A DNA stretch of 63,566 nt, filler included, from Corallochytrium limacisporum Hawaii (Eukaryota; Protista; Pluriformea), in NCBI GenBank assembly GCA_002811645.1. It is 5 parts of 5 records of this genome, joined end to end, with 100 filler letters (N's around TTAATTAATTAA, not from the genome) between each part and the next. Parts side by side here need not be neighbours in the genome. Positions count along the whole stretch, not along the records: positions 7,893 to 26,222 come from PDIP01000013.1; 4 more parts are not named here. One strand, given 5' to 3'. The notes beneath the pieces were generated by a model. That model was not told where the DNA came from. It searched no databases and saw nothing but the letters and a program-made list of their open reading frames with translations. Shown here piece by piece: positions 13,276 to 24,391 of the stretch; within the stretch, counting starts at the first letter, position 1, and each line of letters opens with the position of its first letter. Both the position numbers and the translations under genes were made by a program.

Positions 13276-14970
13276 TTACATGATGTGACATCCCTTGGGA
13301 AGACATCCCTTCATCTGCTTCACTTGAGCATCGCTTAGGCCACCCACATTATCATCAGCGCCACCGCTACTCGTGCCGCCAGGGGCCGGACCACTGGAGG
13401 TCTTCTGACCCTGCATGTATTGATTGAAAGCTTTGTCTGCGTAGCCAGCAATAGAGTCGACGGGTAGGGACTTCAGTTGAGGGTAGCGGGTTCCCAGCTT
13501 AGTGATGACCGCCTTAACGATCTTCCCGACAATACCTGGGTCGTCCTGTGGACGTTCCTTGGTTCCCATTGACGGAGAAACTGGCGGGGCCTTCTTGCGA
13601 TTTGGGTCCACTGCTGGCGGTTCCTTGCCAGCCGGAGGCTCTGTGTTACCAGTCATGGGGCTGTGGCCGTCCAAGCTCTTCAGCACAAAGTCGCTCTTGG
13701 AAGCGGCGGTGAAAACAAAGTCCTGGTCCTTACCGGCATCGAAGGTGAAAGGGACAATGTTATAGATACCCCGGTCCAAGCGGACCACCGTCGTTTCCTC
13801 GCGCATGGGAGTGATGTCGCTACGGTGTAGTTCACGGTACTCACTCGTCTTCTGATTATCCGCCTCGGCATCCAGCACGGAGAACCCGATCGGTTCCCGA
13901 TTGCCATTACCATCGGCAGCCATGCGAGGGTCAGGCTGCTGTAGCGACAGCAGAATCTCAGAGCTGTCATCAAAGACCTGAAGCTGGTACTGAGGGTTAT
14001 CAACCCATGACTGGTTGTTGGCACAACCGCCAGCTGTGCCGTCACTGTGACTCCACTTGCACTTGTAAGCGACGCGCTTATAGTCCTGCTCGCCGATCAG
14101 ACGGCACATGTATACCTTGTTAAATTCCTCGATAAAATCTTCGTAGGCAATGATAAACGTGCCGTCCTCCTCCGTTGTGTGACCAGCCTCAGCCAGGCGC
14201 TCTGGGGTCCAGAATGAATCCTTGTCGCTCAGAGGACCACTCCACTCAACGGCACCCCAAGGGTTGCGACACTTGATCATTTTCTTGCCACATGCTTCTT
14301 TGACATCCAAAATGGAGTAAGCATGTCCTTGCAATATACCACGGCCAGTGTCCTCTTCCCGCTTTCCGGTAGTGCTTCGAGCACAGCCCATCAAGTACTC
14401 AGAGCTGGCTTGGTGCGACTTCAGTACCTCCCAAAGGCTGCCGTCCTTGGCCTTTCGTTTCCACTCATCGTCGTCCATAAAGATAGTGTCAGGGAAACCA
14501 CCAGTCATGTCCACTAAGGCATCATCCACCCAGCCACCAACAAGGTGGTTGTAAGTACCATGCAGTTTTGCATACGCTTTTTCTACGAGCATGACCCATG
14601 TCTCCTCAGGATCCTTTCCGGACGCAAAGACGGGGCCCTCCTGCACGCATGGAACACGGTCATCAATGGTAATTTTGTGCCACTGGCCAAACTTGTAAAA
14701 GTTGAAAACGTATTTGCCTTGACCCTCGTCGTGTTCGCCGGTGTTGATACAGCGGCCAATCAGATCGCGGCGACCGGCCATGACGGCTAAGCCACCGAGG
14801 AACCAACAGTCACCGAGTTGACCCTGACAAATATCCCCGGGCTCAACACCATCCTTGAACAGCTCAGGATTGCTGACCATCTCCTTTGGACGCAGCCAGG
14901 CGACATTCTTTACATTCTCGACCGGACCGAGGCTGCGGTCATTGGCATCGAACTCCCGATCCTCATACAT
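13276..14970 (-). CDS. Calpain (CysPc + C2-like domain III, no EF-hands) with C-terminal CaaX
   Basis: Catalytic QGQLGDCWFL, GHAYSI, RNPWG; domain III GGCANNQSWVDNPQY; ends GCLPKGCHIM. Confidence 0.93.
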   Translation of the reverse strand: MYEDREFDANDRSLGPVENVKNVAWLRPKEMVSNPELFKDGVEPGDICQGQLGDCWFLGGLAVMAGRRDLIGRCINTGEHDEGQGKYVFNFYKFGQWHKITIDDRVPCVQEGPVFASGKDPEETWVMLVEKAYAKLHGTYNHLVGGWVDDALVDMTGGFPDTIFMDDDEWKRKAKDGSLWEVLKSHQASSEYLMGCARSTTGKREEDTGRGILQGHAYSILDVKEACGKKMIKCRNPWGAVEWSGPLSDKDSFWTPERLAEAGHTTEEDGTFIIAYEDFIEEFNKVYMCRLIGEQDYKRVAYKCKWSHSDGTAGGCANNQSWVDNPQYQLQVFDDSSEILLSLQQPDPRMAADGNGNREPIGFSVLDAEADNQKTSEYRELHRSDITPMREETTVVRLDRGIYNIVPFTFDAGKDQDFVFTAASKSDFVLKSLDGHSPMTGNTEPPAGKEPPAVDPNRKKAPPVSPSMGTKERPQDDPGIVGKIVKAVITKLGTRYPQLKSLPVDSIAGYADKAFNQYMQGQKTSSGPAPGGTSSGGADDNVGGLSDAQVKQMKGCLPKGCHIM

Positions 14971-15548
14971 TGTAGCTTACTTCTAGTGCCATACTCAAGA
15001 CTTCGCAAATCTGATAGTGAATTCAAGTTGGATAACAACAACGGTCTCCCTTTAACTACCAAGACCTTGAGCCAACATCAACAGAGACATCGCATCCGTT
15101 CACATCCAAGGCTCCCCACTCTTTGTTGTGATTTTGTCGGCCGGTGTGCGCATCGATGCGCCAATCACCTCAACGGGTGCTCTCGACCTGCTCGGGGAAC
15201 CCTTTCTCAACAACAAAGAAATGGAGAGGCGGGGGAAACCAGAAACGGTTGGAAACTGTGGACTCCCGTTCCGCAATGCCTGCTGTTTGGCTTTTTCTGG
15301 AGCGTGCCGAACTCACCACCGCCCGGTTTACTTTCCCCCGCTGGTTCCTCCTCATCCCGTCCGTGTATGCCCCTCCTTCCGTCCGGACGGACTCACGCGG
15401 AGGCACCGTTGGTAGCCCTGCAGGTGGGCCGGGACAGGAAAGATATGGTAATACACTCATACAGCGTAGCTCATTCAGCTCACCGAAAGACTAGCAAAAT
15501 CTGATGTCTCATCACCCAATGGGCCTTCTTTCGTTGTAATTCTCATTT

Positions 15549-18545
15549 TTATGTTCCATATCGACGTCGTGACAGAGTTGGTGGTAGTCGCTCCATGATG
15601 CTCAACCATGGCCGCTCAATGACGACAATATCATTGCTGGGCAGGTGTGCCACCCCAATTAACGGACGGTACTTTTGCAGGACGCAAGCGCGAGCATTAT
15701 GGCGCTGTACAGTGGTTACCTGCTCGACCTCGGGTTCACCCTTACGGCGCTTGGCAGAGGTCGACCGTGTCACATCCACGAACAGTTCCGAAAACTCAGT
15801 TGGCAGAGCAGCCACGACAATGCGGCTGTGATCAACGACGTACAGAGAACCGCGGTAGTGGATCAGACGATAGATTTTCTCCCGCAGTCCGACTCCGGCA
15901 TCGACAGCCTTGAATTGAGCATTGAGGTACTGTTCCAGAGGGGCACAGCGCTGGCCTCCTTGAGAGCAGTCAAAGACATGCAACATCCGGCTTGCAGTGG
16001 CTACCACCAGAAACAAACGATCACAGTCGTCGGCAAGGTTTACAAACCCCATGGCCGTGGGAAGAGAGTCAAGTACTGGAGTCTGGGCCACAAGACGGCT
16101 GCCATTTGAAGCAGAAGTCAGCGAATATATGCTTACGGACCGGCTGCCCTGTCCCCTAACGGCCATCAATGTGGCCATGTCGTCACTATTTGAAACCAGG
16201 ACGTCATCACCACCGACTGTAACCCCAGAGTCGACAGCTGTCATACCCCCAGCTCCACCTGCCACAAAGTTAGCACCATCTGCATCGCCTTGGTTTGCCA
16301 GCGCAATCTCAACCACGGCGCACGGCTGACGTCCATACAGGGCTGTCAGGGCATCGTTGGCGATTGAGTCACTATCCAACACTACAGCTGCCTTAATGCG
16401 CTTAGGTACGTTACCGGATGGCAGGTTCGTACCAACGACAGCAAAACAGATGTTTCCTTCGTGGTCTCCCAAAGCCACCAAATTACCCTTCATCGCACAG
16501 GCAGTGACGCCTCCTTTGATTTGTTTGGAAAGCAGCTTGCTGGGTTCTCCGACCTTACCACTGCTGATCTTCACGGTGGTACCCATCACGGACAAGTCCT
16601 CTCCGGTATCCACGAGGCGGAAGATGCGCAAACCGTGACTGGTGCTTACGAGTACACGGTTCTTAACTGGATCAGTGGCCATGCACTGAATGATTGCCTC
16701 GTCCTTAGAGCGCCATTCCAGCAGCTGCAAGGGTTTCTTGTAGTTTGAGGCCCATAACACCTCGCTCTCTCCGATTTGCGATGGGGTATTTAAGATTTTG
16801 CGCAGAGAGAACACCTGCAAGCGGTTATCCAGGCGCACAATGGCCAGCGACCCACGTGACGCGTGCTCCAGACCATGCACCACACTGTACGGCGGAAACG
16901 GTGGGATCTTGCGTGCAGTACCGATGGACTTTACAAGATTCATAGCTTTTTCCATGCCATCTACACCTCCTAGAGAAAGACAGCTGACTATTACTTGGCA
17001 GTCCACACCTCCGGTTATGGCAACACTTTGCCCCCGAGCATCGGTAGCCAGTGCCATGGCACGGACGTCGTGTGAGTGACTGCGCTGCTTGCTGGAGAGG
17101 ACCCAGTGGGCCTTTCCAGCTGAGGTGGCCCTGTTGTTGCCGCCACTTCGAGCCGCCATGCCAGCCTGGTCCAGACGGTACAGAACCAGCTGGCTATCCA
17201 CACCGCTCAGCAAAAATTCACTTCCGTCATGCACGGCTTGTAAGGTCAAGACATCGGCAGCCAGTGCCCGAAAGCGCTGAACGGTAGTACCGTTGTTGAT
17301 GTCAAAGACCGAAACAAATCCTTGGCTATCCCCACAAGCCACAAGCGGCTGAGATGAATCACTGCCAGCAGGCAGCCAGGCGGTGCACCAAACGACGGAA
17401 CCCTCGACATCGTCGTCGTTGTTTTCATCTTCGTCATCGGTGGTTTTCCTGCCCTCACGTTCCCGCTGGCGACGACGCCGCTTCTTTAGAGCTCGTGCCT
17501 GGGGCCCGAATTTGCCCGCTCCTGCTGCGCCCTCAACTGTCAGTTCAATGACTTCTTGGCGCCTTGCCACATCACTAATGTGCAACGATCCGCCCGCAGT
17601 GCCTGCTGCGAGAAGGATGTTACTGGAACCCTGGTACCAACTCAAAGACATTACCCGGGTTTCACAAGGCGCCAGGCTACAGTGAAATTGAACGTCGCAT
17701 GGCTGATCTATGGACAATGGATTCTTCACCGCAAATACCCGCACCCGACCGTCTTCACTGCCGACAGCAAAATGTACAGCGTCTTCAACTTCCTCATTAA
17801 GCTCATGCCAAGTACTGTCTACCGGGGCAGCAGCAACACACCATGCCGGTCCCCCTGTCACATGGATAGTCTGTAGAATGCGTAATGAATGATGGTCGAT
17901 CTCAACGAGGTATCCGTCAAGGCGGCACCCAAAGAGACGGTACCGAGGAAGACCATCGGCATCATCTACGCTAGCCCTTATGTTTTCTTCTTCGTCTTCC
18001 TCTCTAGTCAAAGGCTTGGATCTTCGGTACTTTGGTGACGGTTTGCGTCCGGCAGTTTCTTCCTCGTCGGAACTATCATTTTCACTGCTATCATCTTCGT
18101 TGTCTGAGTCGTTTTCAGAATCAGAGTCATCATCACTATCATCACTGTTACTGCTACTATCGCTTTCATCTTCTGAGAATCCCTGAGTCTTGCTCTGTGG
18201 TGGAAGAGTAATCCAAGCGAGTCCTTCCACTGCCTCAGCCGGAGATCGGGCAATGAATCCCATGGGAGCGTAGTCATCAGCAATGCTCCAGAACTCAATG
18301 ATACCTCCTGCCCGAGCAATGGCCAAGATCGCATTGTCTGGGCTTACGGCCAATGAATTGATGGCTTGAGGTGTGTAGTCCACGAATCGGCACCGGTGCA
18401 CAAGGAGCTCCTGCTCCTGGTGTCCGTGTGTGGCTATACTTTCCTCTTGATCACCATTCTGCTGCAATGCAGCTGCAGCCTTCCGTTTGCCATTGCTTTT
18501 GGTGGAGGTGGCACCAGCTGATGCTGCCTTCTTCCTTGCTGCCAT
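15549..18545 (-). CDS. UTP4: U3 snoRNA-associated WD40 protein UTP4/cirhin
   Basis: VHRCRFVDYTPQAINSLA, HSHDVRAM, GGVD and C-terminal VIERPW...LPPTL.RRRYGT are hallmarks of UTP4; large acidic insertions. Confidence 0.9.
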   Translation of the reverse strand: MAARKKAASAGATSTKSNGKRKAAAALQQNGDQEESIATHGHQEQELLVHRCRFVDYTPQAINSLAVSPDNAILAIARAGGIIEFWSIADDYAPMGFIARSPAEAVEGLAWITLPPQSKTQGFSEDESDSSSNSDDSDDDSDSENDSDNEDDSSENDSSDEEETAGRKPSPKYRRSKPLTREEDEEENIRASVDDADGLPRYRLFGCRLDGYLVEIDHHSLRILQTIHVTGGPAWCVAAAPVDSTWHELNEEVEDAVHFAVGSEDGRVRVFAVKNPLSIDQPCDVQFHCSLAPCETRVMSLSWYQGSSNILLAAGTAGGSLHISDVARRQEVIELTVEGAAGAGKFGPQARALKKRRRRQREREGRKTTDDEDENNDDDVEGSVVWCTAWLPAGSDSSQPLVACGDSQGFVSVFDINNGTTVQRFRALAADVLTLQAVHDGSEFLLSGVDSQLVLYRLDQAGMAARSGGNNRATSAGKAHWVLSSKQRSHSHDVRAMALATDARGQSVAITGGVDCQVIVSCLSLGGVDGMEKAMNLVKSIGTARKIPPFPPYSVVHGLEHASRGSLAIVRLDNRLQVFSLRKILNTPSQIGESEVLWASNYKKPLQLLEWRSKDEAIIQCMATDPVKNRVLVSTSHGLRIFRLVDTGEDLSVMGTTVKISSGKVGEPSKLLSKQIKGGVTACAMKGNLVALGDHEGNICFAVVGTNLPSGNVPKRIKAAVVLDSDSIANDALTALYGRQPCAVVEIALANQGDADGANFVAGGAGGMTAVDSGVTVGGDDVLVSNSDDMATLMAVRGQGSRSVSIYSLTSASNGSRLVAQTPVLDSLPTAMGFVNLADDCDRLFLVVATASRMLHVFDCSQGGQRCAPLEQYLNAQFKAVDAGVGLREKIYRLIHYRGSLYVVDHSRIVVAALPTEFSELFVDVTRSTSAKRRKGEPEVEQVTTVQRHNARACVLQKYRPLIGVAHLPSNDIVVIERPWLSIMERLPPTLSRRRYGT

Positions 18546-19339
18546 GTCTCTTGTTCTACTAAATTACCAAAGCACTTTTATTCTCTCCTGTTTGTGTAAT
18601 GTGATCACGCCATTTCTTTAACTATCCCTGCCAATGTTCCAAGGTGTTCTTTCATTATTCCGGTTGACATGCATAAGTTGTACTTAAGTTTTACGATTTT
18701 ATCAAAATAGCTCCTCAAGACTCGACGACTTAAACAACTACCGCCACCAAAGCCATGGAAGCCACTGCACCACCACCCACTGCGCCGCTCCACGCAGGGT
18801 GGGACTGCCCTGCTATCCCTCTCTGCACACCCCCACACGCACACCCCCCTCCCCCTTTTTTGCCCCTCACTGACTCCACCGCTGCGGCCCGAGTAACCCG
18901 CGTGTGTGTGTGTGTGTCGGGATGGATTAAAAAGGTCTGGCGCACGGCTCTACTAAAATAGGCCCCCGATAAAACGGCTTCAGGTCCGCATTGCTATTTG
19001 GTGGATTAAATTATACGGACATATTTATAATCCTGGACCGCACTTCTTAAGTGTTTCGTACGCAACTGTGGTAAGTTTTGTATACGTGTGCGTAGTGATG
19101 AAAACCCGCCAGCGGAGGACCGGAGTTGGGCAAAGTTCAGCTGATCGTTCTGCGCAAAACAGAGGCCGGAAAAGGCGGCCAAGACACCCGATGTGTTCAC
19201 TTGATCATCTTCCACCTGGTCACTTGCGCAGAGGGTTATACCAAAGTACTTAAAAAACATAAGAGATCCAGCATATCCATTGCTTTTTGTGAACGTACCA
19301 CTGAAATAGTTAAACATCCGAGTGAACACGGAGAAAAGA

Positions 19340-20548
19340 ATGGGTTTGCTGACAGCGGTGCGGCGATGCCGCCTGCAAAGGCCACCGCGCCTGCAAAATG
19401 TCATTTATGGGGCCGCGTACCATGGTCTTGCAGGAGCTGACACCACTTTGCCTGCAAGCTCAATACCTCGGTATCGCATTGATGTGCGCAGTGACACCAT
19501 GACACGGCCATCTCAGGATATGTACAAGGCAATGTTTGAGGCACCCGTCGGGGACGATGTCTTTTGCGAAGACCCTTCTGTGCGTGAACTTGAACTGCAC
19601 ATGTGCGACATAACTGGGAAGGAAGCTGCCCTTTTCTGCAGCACGGCAACCATGGCCAACCAACTGGCAGCAGTGTGCCATTTGGGAAAACTAGAGTCCG
19701 TAGTCCTCGACGGCCGAAACCATATGATGATCAGCGAGACCGGCGGACTGGGCTTCCACTCACGAACACTGCCAAACCCTATCCGTGTTAAAGAACCGCT
19801 GGGACAGAGCGTACATGTCACTGTCCAAGACATTGAAGAACATCTGATCCCTCCAGATGTCCACTACGTGTCAACTTCGCTTGTGTGCGTGGAGAATACG
19901 CTGCACGGTAGCGTACTACCTTGGGAGAATTTGAAGAACATCAGCAAGCTTTGCAAGGACCGGGGCCTTAAGTTGCATATGGATGGTGCCCGCTTGTGGA
20001 ATGCGAGCGCAAAAACAGGGAAGTCACTGCAGGAATACTGCGATCAGGTCACGAGTACATCTCTCTGCTTCTCGAAGGGTATGGGTGCTCCGATGGGGGC
20101 TATTCTAGTCGGGCCCAGAGACTTTATCGACATGGCACGCCACTATCGCAAGCTATTCGGTGGTGGCATGCGACAGATTGGTATCATGGCTGCCGCATGC
20201 AAGCATGCTGTGAACCATCACTTTCCCAATGACATGCATGCGGACCACGAAAAGGCTGCTCTCCTGGGTAAGGCATTTGATGACCGCGGGATCGGTTTGG
20301 AGCGGCCCGTCGAGACTAACATGGTCTGGTTGAACACAAAGGTGGCCAATGAGCCCAAGATTGAGGACCTTTCAGTCTTGAGTGACCACTTTGCAAAGGA
20401 AGGTATTGCCTTTGCGGCCACAGATCGCGAGACCGCGCGCCTCGTGATGCACCGCGACATTTCTTTGGATGGAGTGCACGACTTCGTTGCCTGCCTAGAT
20501 CGTTTCCTGACAAGTCATTCGGACACCAAGAATTTCGCGGCCAAGTGA
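19340..20548 (+). CDS. GLY1: Low-specificity L-threonine aldolase (PLP), probable mitochondrial presequence
   Basis: DVRSDTMTRP, GDDVF.EDP, TMANQ, ENT, HMDGARLWNA, CFSKGMGAPMG, RKLFGGGMRQ. First ATG 19340. Confidence 0.93.
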   Translation: MGLLTAVRRCRLQRPPRLQNVIYGAAYHGLAGADTTLPASSIPRYRIDVRSDTMTRPSQDMYKAMFEAPVGDDVFCEDPSVRELELHMCDITGKEAALFCSTATMANQLAAVCHLGKLESVVLDGRNHMMISETGGLGFHSRTLPNPIRVKEPLGQSVHVTVQDIEEHLIPPDVHYVSTSLVCVENTLHGSVLPWENLKNISKLCKDRGLKLHMDGARLWNASAKTGKSLQEYCDQVTSTSLCFSKGMGAPMGAILVGPRDFIDMARHYRKLFGGGMRQIGIMAAACKHAVNHHFPNDMHADHEKAALLGKAFDDRGIGLERPVETNMVWLNTKVANEPKIEDLSVLSDHFAKEGIAFAATDRETARLVMHRDISLDGVHDFVACLDRFLTSHSDTKNFAAK

Positions 20549-21411
20549 CAAGCATTGGATGATCACAATGTAATTTCCCGCTTTGTCTGTTCATTAGCTT
20601 AGAAATTACAGTAAGATACAGCCATATTGTATTCAGACTCGGCCCAGCGATATCATACAATCTTTCAAATCTTTCCCGCCGACTTTCGACATTTTTGTTT
20701 TCCTACCATGCTGCATGTCAGCACGCGATCATGATCACTTTGGTCTACAGGCTTGCTACTGATCTGTCCCTCTTCAACTCCAAAGCACCTCCAGTCAGCC
20801 TTCAATTTCACCATGCCGCAGCGGAGCCCCCGGCTTCCCAAGTTTGCTTGGCAAGACTTAAAAAACCACTGTTAAACCTCCCTTCAATACTAAACAAGTC
20901 CAATTTCATCATTGTACTATTTTTTTAAATTCTCAGATGGCCATCTCAGGAGCGTAGAGTGCGGGTGGGAAGATAATAATGGCTCTCCAGCAGACCCACC
21001 CTCACTTCGAAAGTCAATTTGCAATAGTAACAGTTCCGGCGGGTCGTTTCTGAATTGACTCCCCCAGTGGGCACCAGATCGAAGATCAGTGGCCCCGTGG
21101 TGACCACACACCTTACGTTGACTTTGCCGGTGCCACGAATTGTTTTTGGCTGTTCCCGGTATAGCGGCAGGCAATGCGCACTAGCTCCTTTCCATGATGA
21201 GACAGTGATAAGCAGTATTATCGTGCCCAATGAGCCCGCTGACAGTCAGCAGCAAAGTGAAAAGGGGCCAAAGCAAAGTAAGTAGAGGTACAAAGTAGAT
21301 CGTAACCCAATCTTGAGCAGAGGATAACAGGCCCCTGACTTCACTAGTTCATGCAGGTGCACACAGTGGAGACAACGCTCTGTGCATCACAGGACAATAA
21401 AGAAAAGCACA

Positions 21412-22806
21412 ATGGTTTTGGCCCGCTCAGTCCTTTCTGCGGCACGGGCAACCTCAGTCCGTAGTGTAATGCGCCCGGGAATCAGCACACAGACCTTGGC
21501 ACAGGCCAAGCGATGGCAGTCCGGAGTTACTCAGCCGGATGACTCGAAGTCGATCAGCCATGATGGTGCCAACTCAGATGTCAACCCAGAACATCGCCTC
21601 AATGACCTAACCTCGGGAACTCTGATGGTCTACAACCGCCCCAATTTTGTGCTCACCCATGGAAAGGGTTCATACGTCTGGGACTCAAGCGGCCGCAAGT
21701 ACCTCGACCTCGCCGCTGGCATTGCTGTCAATTCCCTGGGACATTGCGACCCGGACTGGCAAGCGGCCGTTATCGACTACACCTCGAAGCTGTGCCACGT
21801 TTCTAATCTTTTCCACAGTCTTCCCTCGCTTGAGCTGGCCAATTCGCTGGTCGATGCCACGCCGTGGGCGGAGAAGGCCTTCCTTTGTAATTCGGGCACG
21901 GAGGCTGTTGAAGGGGCACTCAAGTTTGCTCGCAAGCGGGGCTTCTTGCAGAGTGACAGTACTCCGCTTAAAAAGACTCGCATCGTGTGCTTTGACAATG
22001 CATTCCACGGCCGAAGTATGGGTGCCTTGTCTGTGACTGCGAATGCCAAGTACCGGGATCCTTTTGAGCCTATGCTTGGGAACATCACCCGCCTGCCGTG
22101 TAACGATCAACAGGCTCTGGCCGATGCCATGGGTGACGATGTGTGCGCTATCATCTTGGAGCCGGTCCAAGGTGAGGGCGGTGTGCTGCCCATTGATCCC
22201 GTGTTCATCCACCAGGCCCGTGAGCTTGCGGACCAGTACCAAGCCAGCCTGATTGTGGACGAGATTCAATGTGGTGTAGGTCGCACGGGTTATCTGTGGG
22301 CTCACTCGATGCCTGATATTGACGTCAAGCCGGATATTATGGTTATTGCCAAACCCCTGGCTAATGGCCTGCCCATTGGCGCCATCCTGGTCAATGACAC
22401 GGTCGCCGATTGCATCAAGCCTGGTGACCACGGATCTACCTACGCCGGCGGTCCGTTAGTCTGTGCGGCTGGGCAAGCCGTCTTTAGCAAGATCAGCCAA
22501 CCCGATTTCCTGAGCAGGGTCCGTCAGAACGGTGATTATTTCCTTCAGAAACTCATGGACATGAATAAGAAGTACCCTGATGTGATCGAGGATGTGCGTG
22601 GAAAGGGTCTCATGCTCGGCATGCAGCTGAAGGTGCCTACTGCACCAATCATCCAGGAAGTACAGAAGAATGGTGTGATCATCATCGGTGCTGGCACAGA
22701 TGTCTTGCGCTTCGTGCCGCCACTGACTGTTTCGCAGGGGGAAATTGACGAAGGTTTAAGCGTGGTCGAGGAGAGTTTGGCCAAGGCTCAGTCCGCTGCT
22801 GCATGA
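21412..22806 (+). CDS. ARG8: Mitochondrial acetylornithine aminotransferase
   Basis: AGIAVNSLGH, NSGTEA, FHGRSMGALS, EPVQGEGG, DEIQCGVGRTG, AKPLANGLPIGA, HGSTY; Arg/Ser-rich presequence from ATG 21412. Confidence 0.93.
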   Translation: MVLARSVLSAARATSVRSVMRPGISTQTLAQAKRWQSGVTQPDDSKSISHDGANSDVNPEHRLNDLTSGTLMVYNRPNFVLTHGKGSYVWDSSGRKYLDLAAGIAVNSLGHCDPDWQAAVIDYTSKLCHVSNLFHSLPSLELANSLVDATPWAEKAFLCNSGTEAVEGALKFARKRGFLQSDSTPLKKTRIVCFDNAFHGRSMGALSVTANAKYRDPFEPMLGNITRLPCNDQQALADAMGDDVCAIILEPVQGEGGVLPIDPVFIHQARELADQYQASLIVDEIQCGVGRTGYLWAHSMPDIDVKPDIMVIAKPLANGLPIGAILVNDTVADCIKPGDHGSTYAGGPLVCAAGQAVFSKISQPDFLSRVRQNGDYFLQKLMDMNKKYPDVIEDVRGKGLMLGMQLKVPTAPIIQEVQKNGVIIIGAGTDVLRFVPPLTVSQGEIDEGLSVVEESLAKAQSAAA

Positions 22807-24275
22807 AAACGGTGCTCCAATGCCTACCAAGGTACCTAGCCATCATCTTCATTCATTCCTGGTTTAGTTTGATATTATCTTGAGATTACAACATCCTATG
22901 TAAAATTTGTTGACTACACGATTGTTTGACACAAAACTCACGATCACACATCAGTGGCTATTCCAACCAGACCGATGGTGACGAGTTTGCAGACGAGGAC
23001 ACCGTCGCATCTGTTCACTTAACCAGCACGTAGTAATACAAAATAGAAAACATCATCACCTGGTACTTGAGGATAACAAGGATCACCTAGCAGCGTGTAC
23101 CAACTCTGCGCCAGCCCTGAGATGCGGTCAACACCCAAACGGGAGTCTAGATACCAACACTACAATGGCTTTCGGTCCCACCGCAACCATCCTCTTCCCC
23201 CAGGGACCCTTCGGAAAGGTCTCAGAATTGAATACAACTCTCGTCGCAGGCATGTGATCGTTCGATGTCGACCGTGGATTGCCCGCAGGAGTGCAGCCCA
23301 GCATCCTCCATCGCAACCTCGGCACACCAACTTTTGGGCCACGCTCTCTTCCTCCGCGCACCGGCCCTCCCCCACCCTTCCCCAGCTTCGTCGGTTGGTC
23401 CAGTGACGACCGGGGCGGGGAAAGCAAAGGCGGGGAAATGGAACCCACCTAAACCCTAACCCTTTCTTCCTTGAGTACACCACCACGAGGGGTTCAGTAA
23501 GGAAAACCCGGGAACGAGTCCACCGCAATGGAACCGAGGGGAACGCGGAAGCGACGAGGGAGGGCGAGGGGCAGAGAGTAAATAAACGAGAAAGCTAGGA
23601 GGAAACTGGCAAGAATTTTGGCCCCGCCCCCGGCACGATTCCAGAAAAAGCCACATGTCACTGACATGTGTCGGACGGAAGGAAACCGGGGAAACATTCC
23701 GACACGTAGTCACACAAGGGACACTTGGAGAGAAGCCCGCTTGAAGCATATGTCAAGATGGTTCACCGTACCACCCCAAATGCATTTGTGTCAAATCATG
23801 GCTCGATGATGCTGTCCCGAAATGTTGGTGGGTGTTGGAGTTTCGTTGGCAGAGGGAGAGTCGAGAAAAACCGAGAGATTTTTTCTGCGCGGCCTTGATT
23901 CGTCAATTTCAGCTATTCTGTTTGGATGGCTCTGCTTTTGTTTTTTTTTCCTTGTGAGCAACTGTGCAGGATACACACATCTGTGAGACACGTTGCCTGA
24001 TGTTGTGAAATACCTCGGATTGGTCTCCTCGGTCGCGGTGGCTAAAGCAACGACGAGTGTTTTCCTGGCGACACTATCGATGATCAAATGGTACGTAAAT
24101 TGAGCCACTGCTGATAACAAATCATGGGCTGTGACTACAGTCCTCCTCACACATGCGATATCTTAGGTACAGAGAGGTTTCGGACAATAGTCAAGGAGGA
24201 GACCGACCAAACATTCTCTGAGAGAAACAGGTTCTTGCCAGTCTCTGTCTTTCTCCGTCTCTCCACAGATTTATC

Positions 24276-24296
24276 ATGGACGGAGAGATCTTATAA
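24276..24296 (+). promoter_or_regulatory. Hexapeptide uORF MDGEIL* upstream of SMS
   Basis: ATG GAC GGA GAG ATC TTA TAA, ending 95 nt before the SMS ATG and starting 7 nt after a polypyrimidine-CAG. Confidence 0.4.
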
Positions 24297-24391
24297 CTGG
24301 CTGAACTGAAGTAAGCTTATGAGAAAAACTTGAACTAGGTGAAAATAGAAAGATCATAGTATCGGTGATCGTTGAACGCCATTTGCAAATC

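Noticed and set aside
24124-24309. 61-aa ATG ORF upstream of SMS
   Set aside because: No recognisable features; it crosses the polypyrimidine tract and probably starts upstream of the mature leader.
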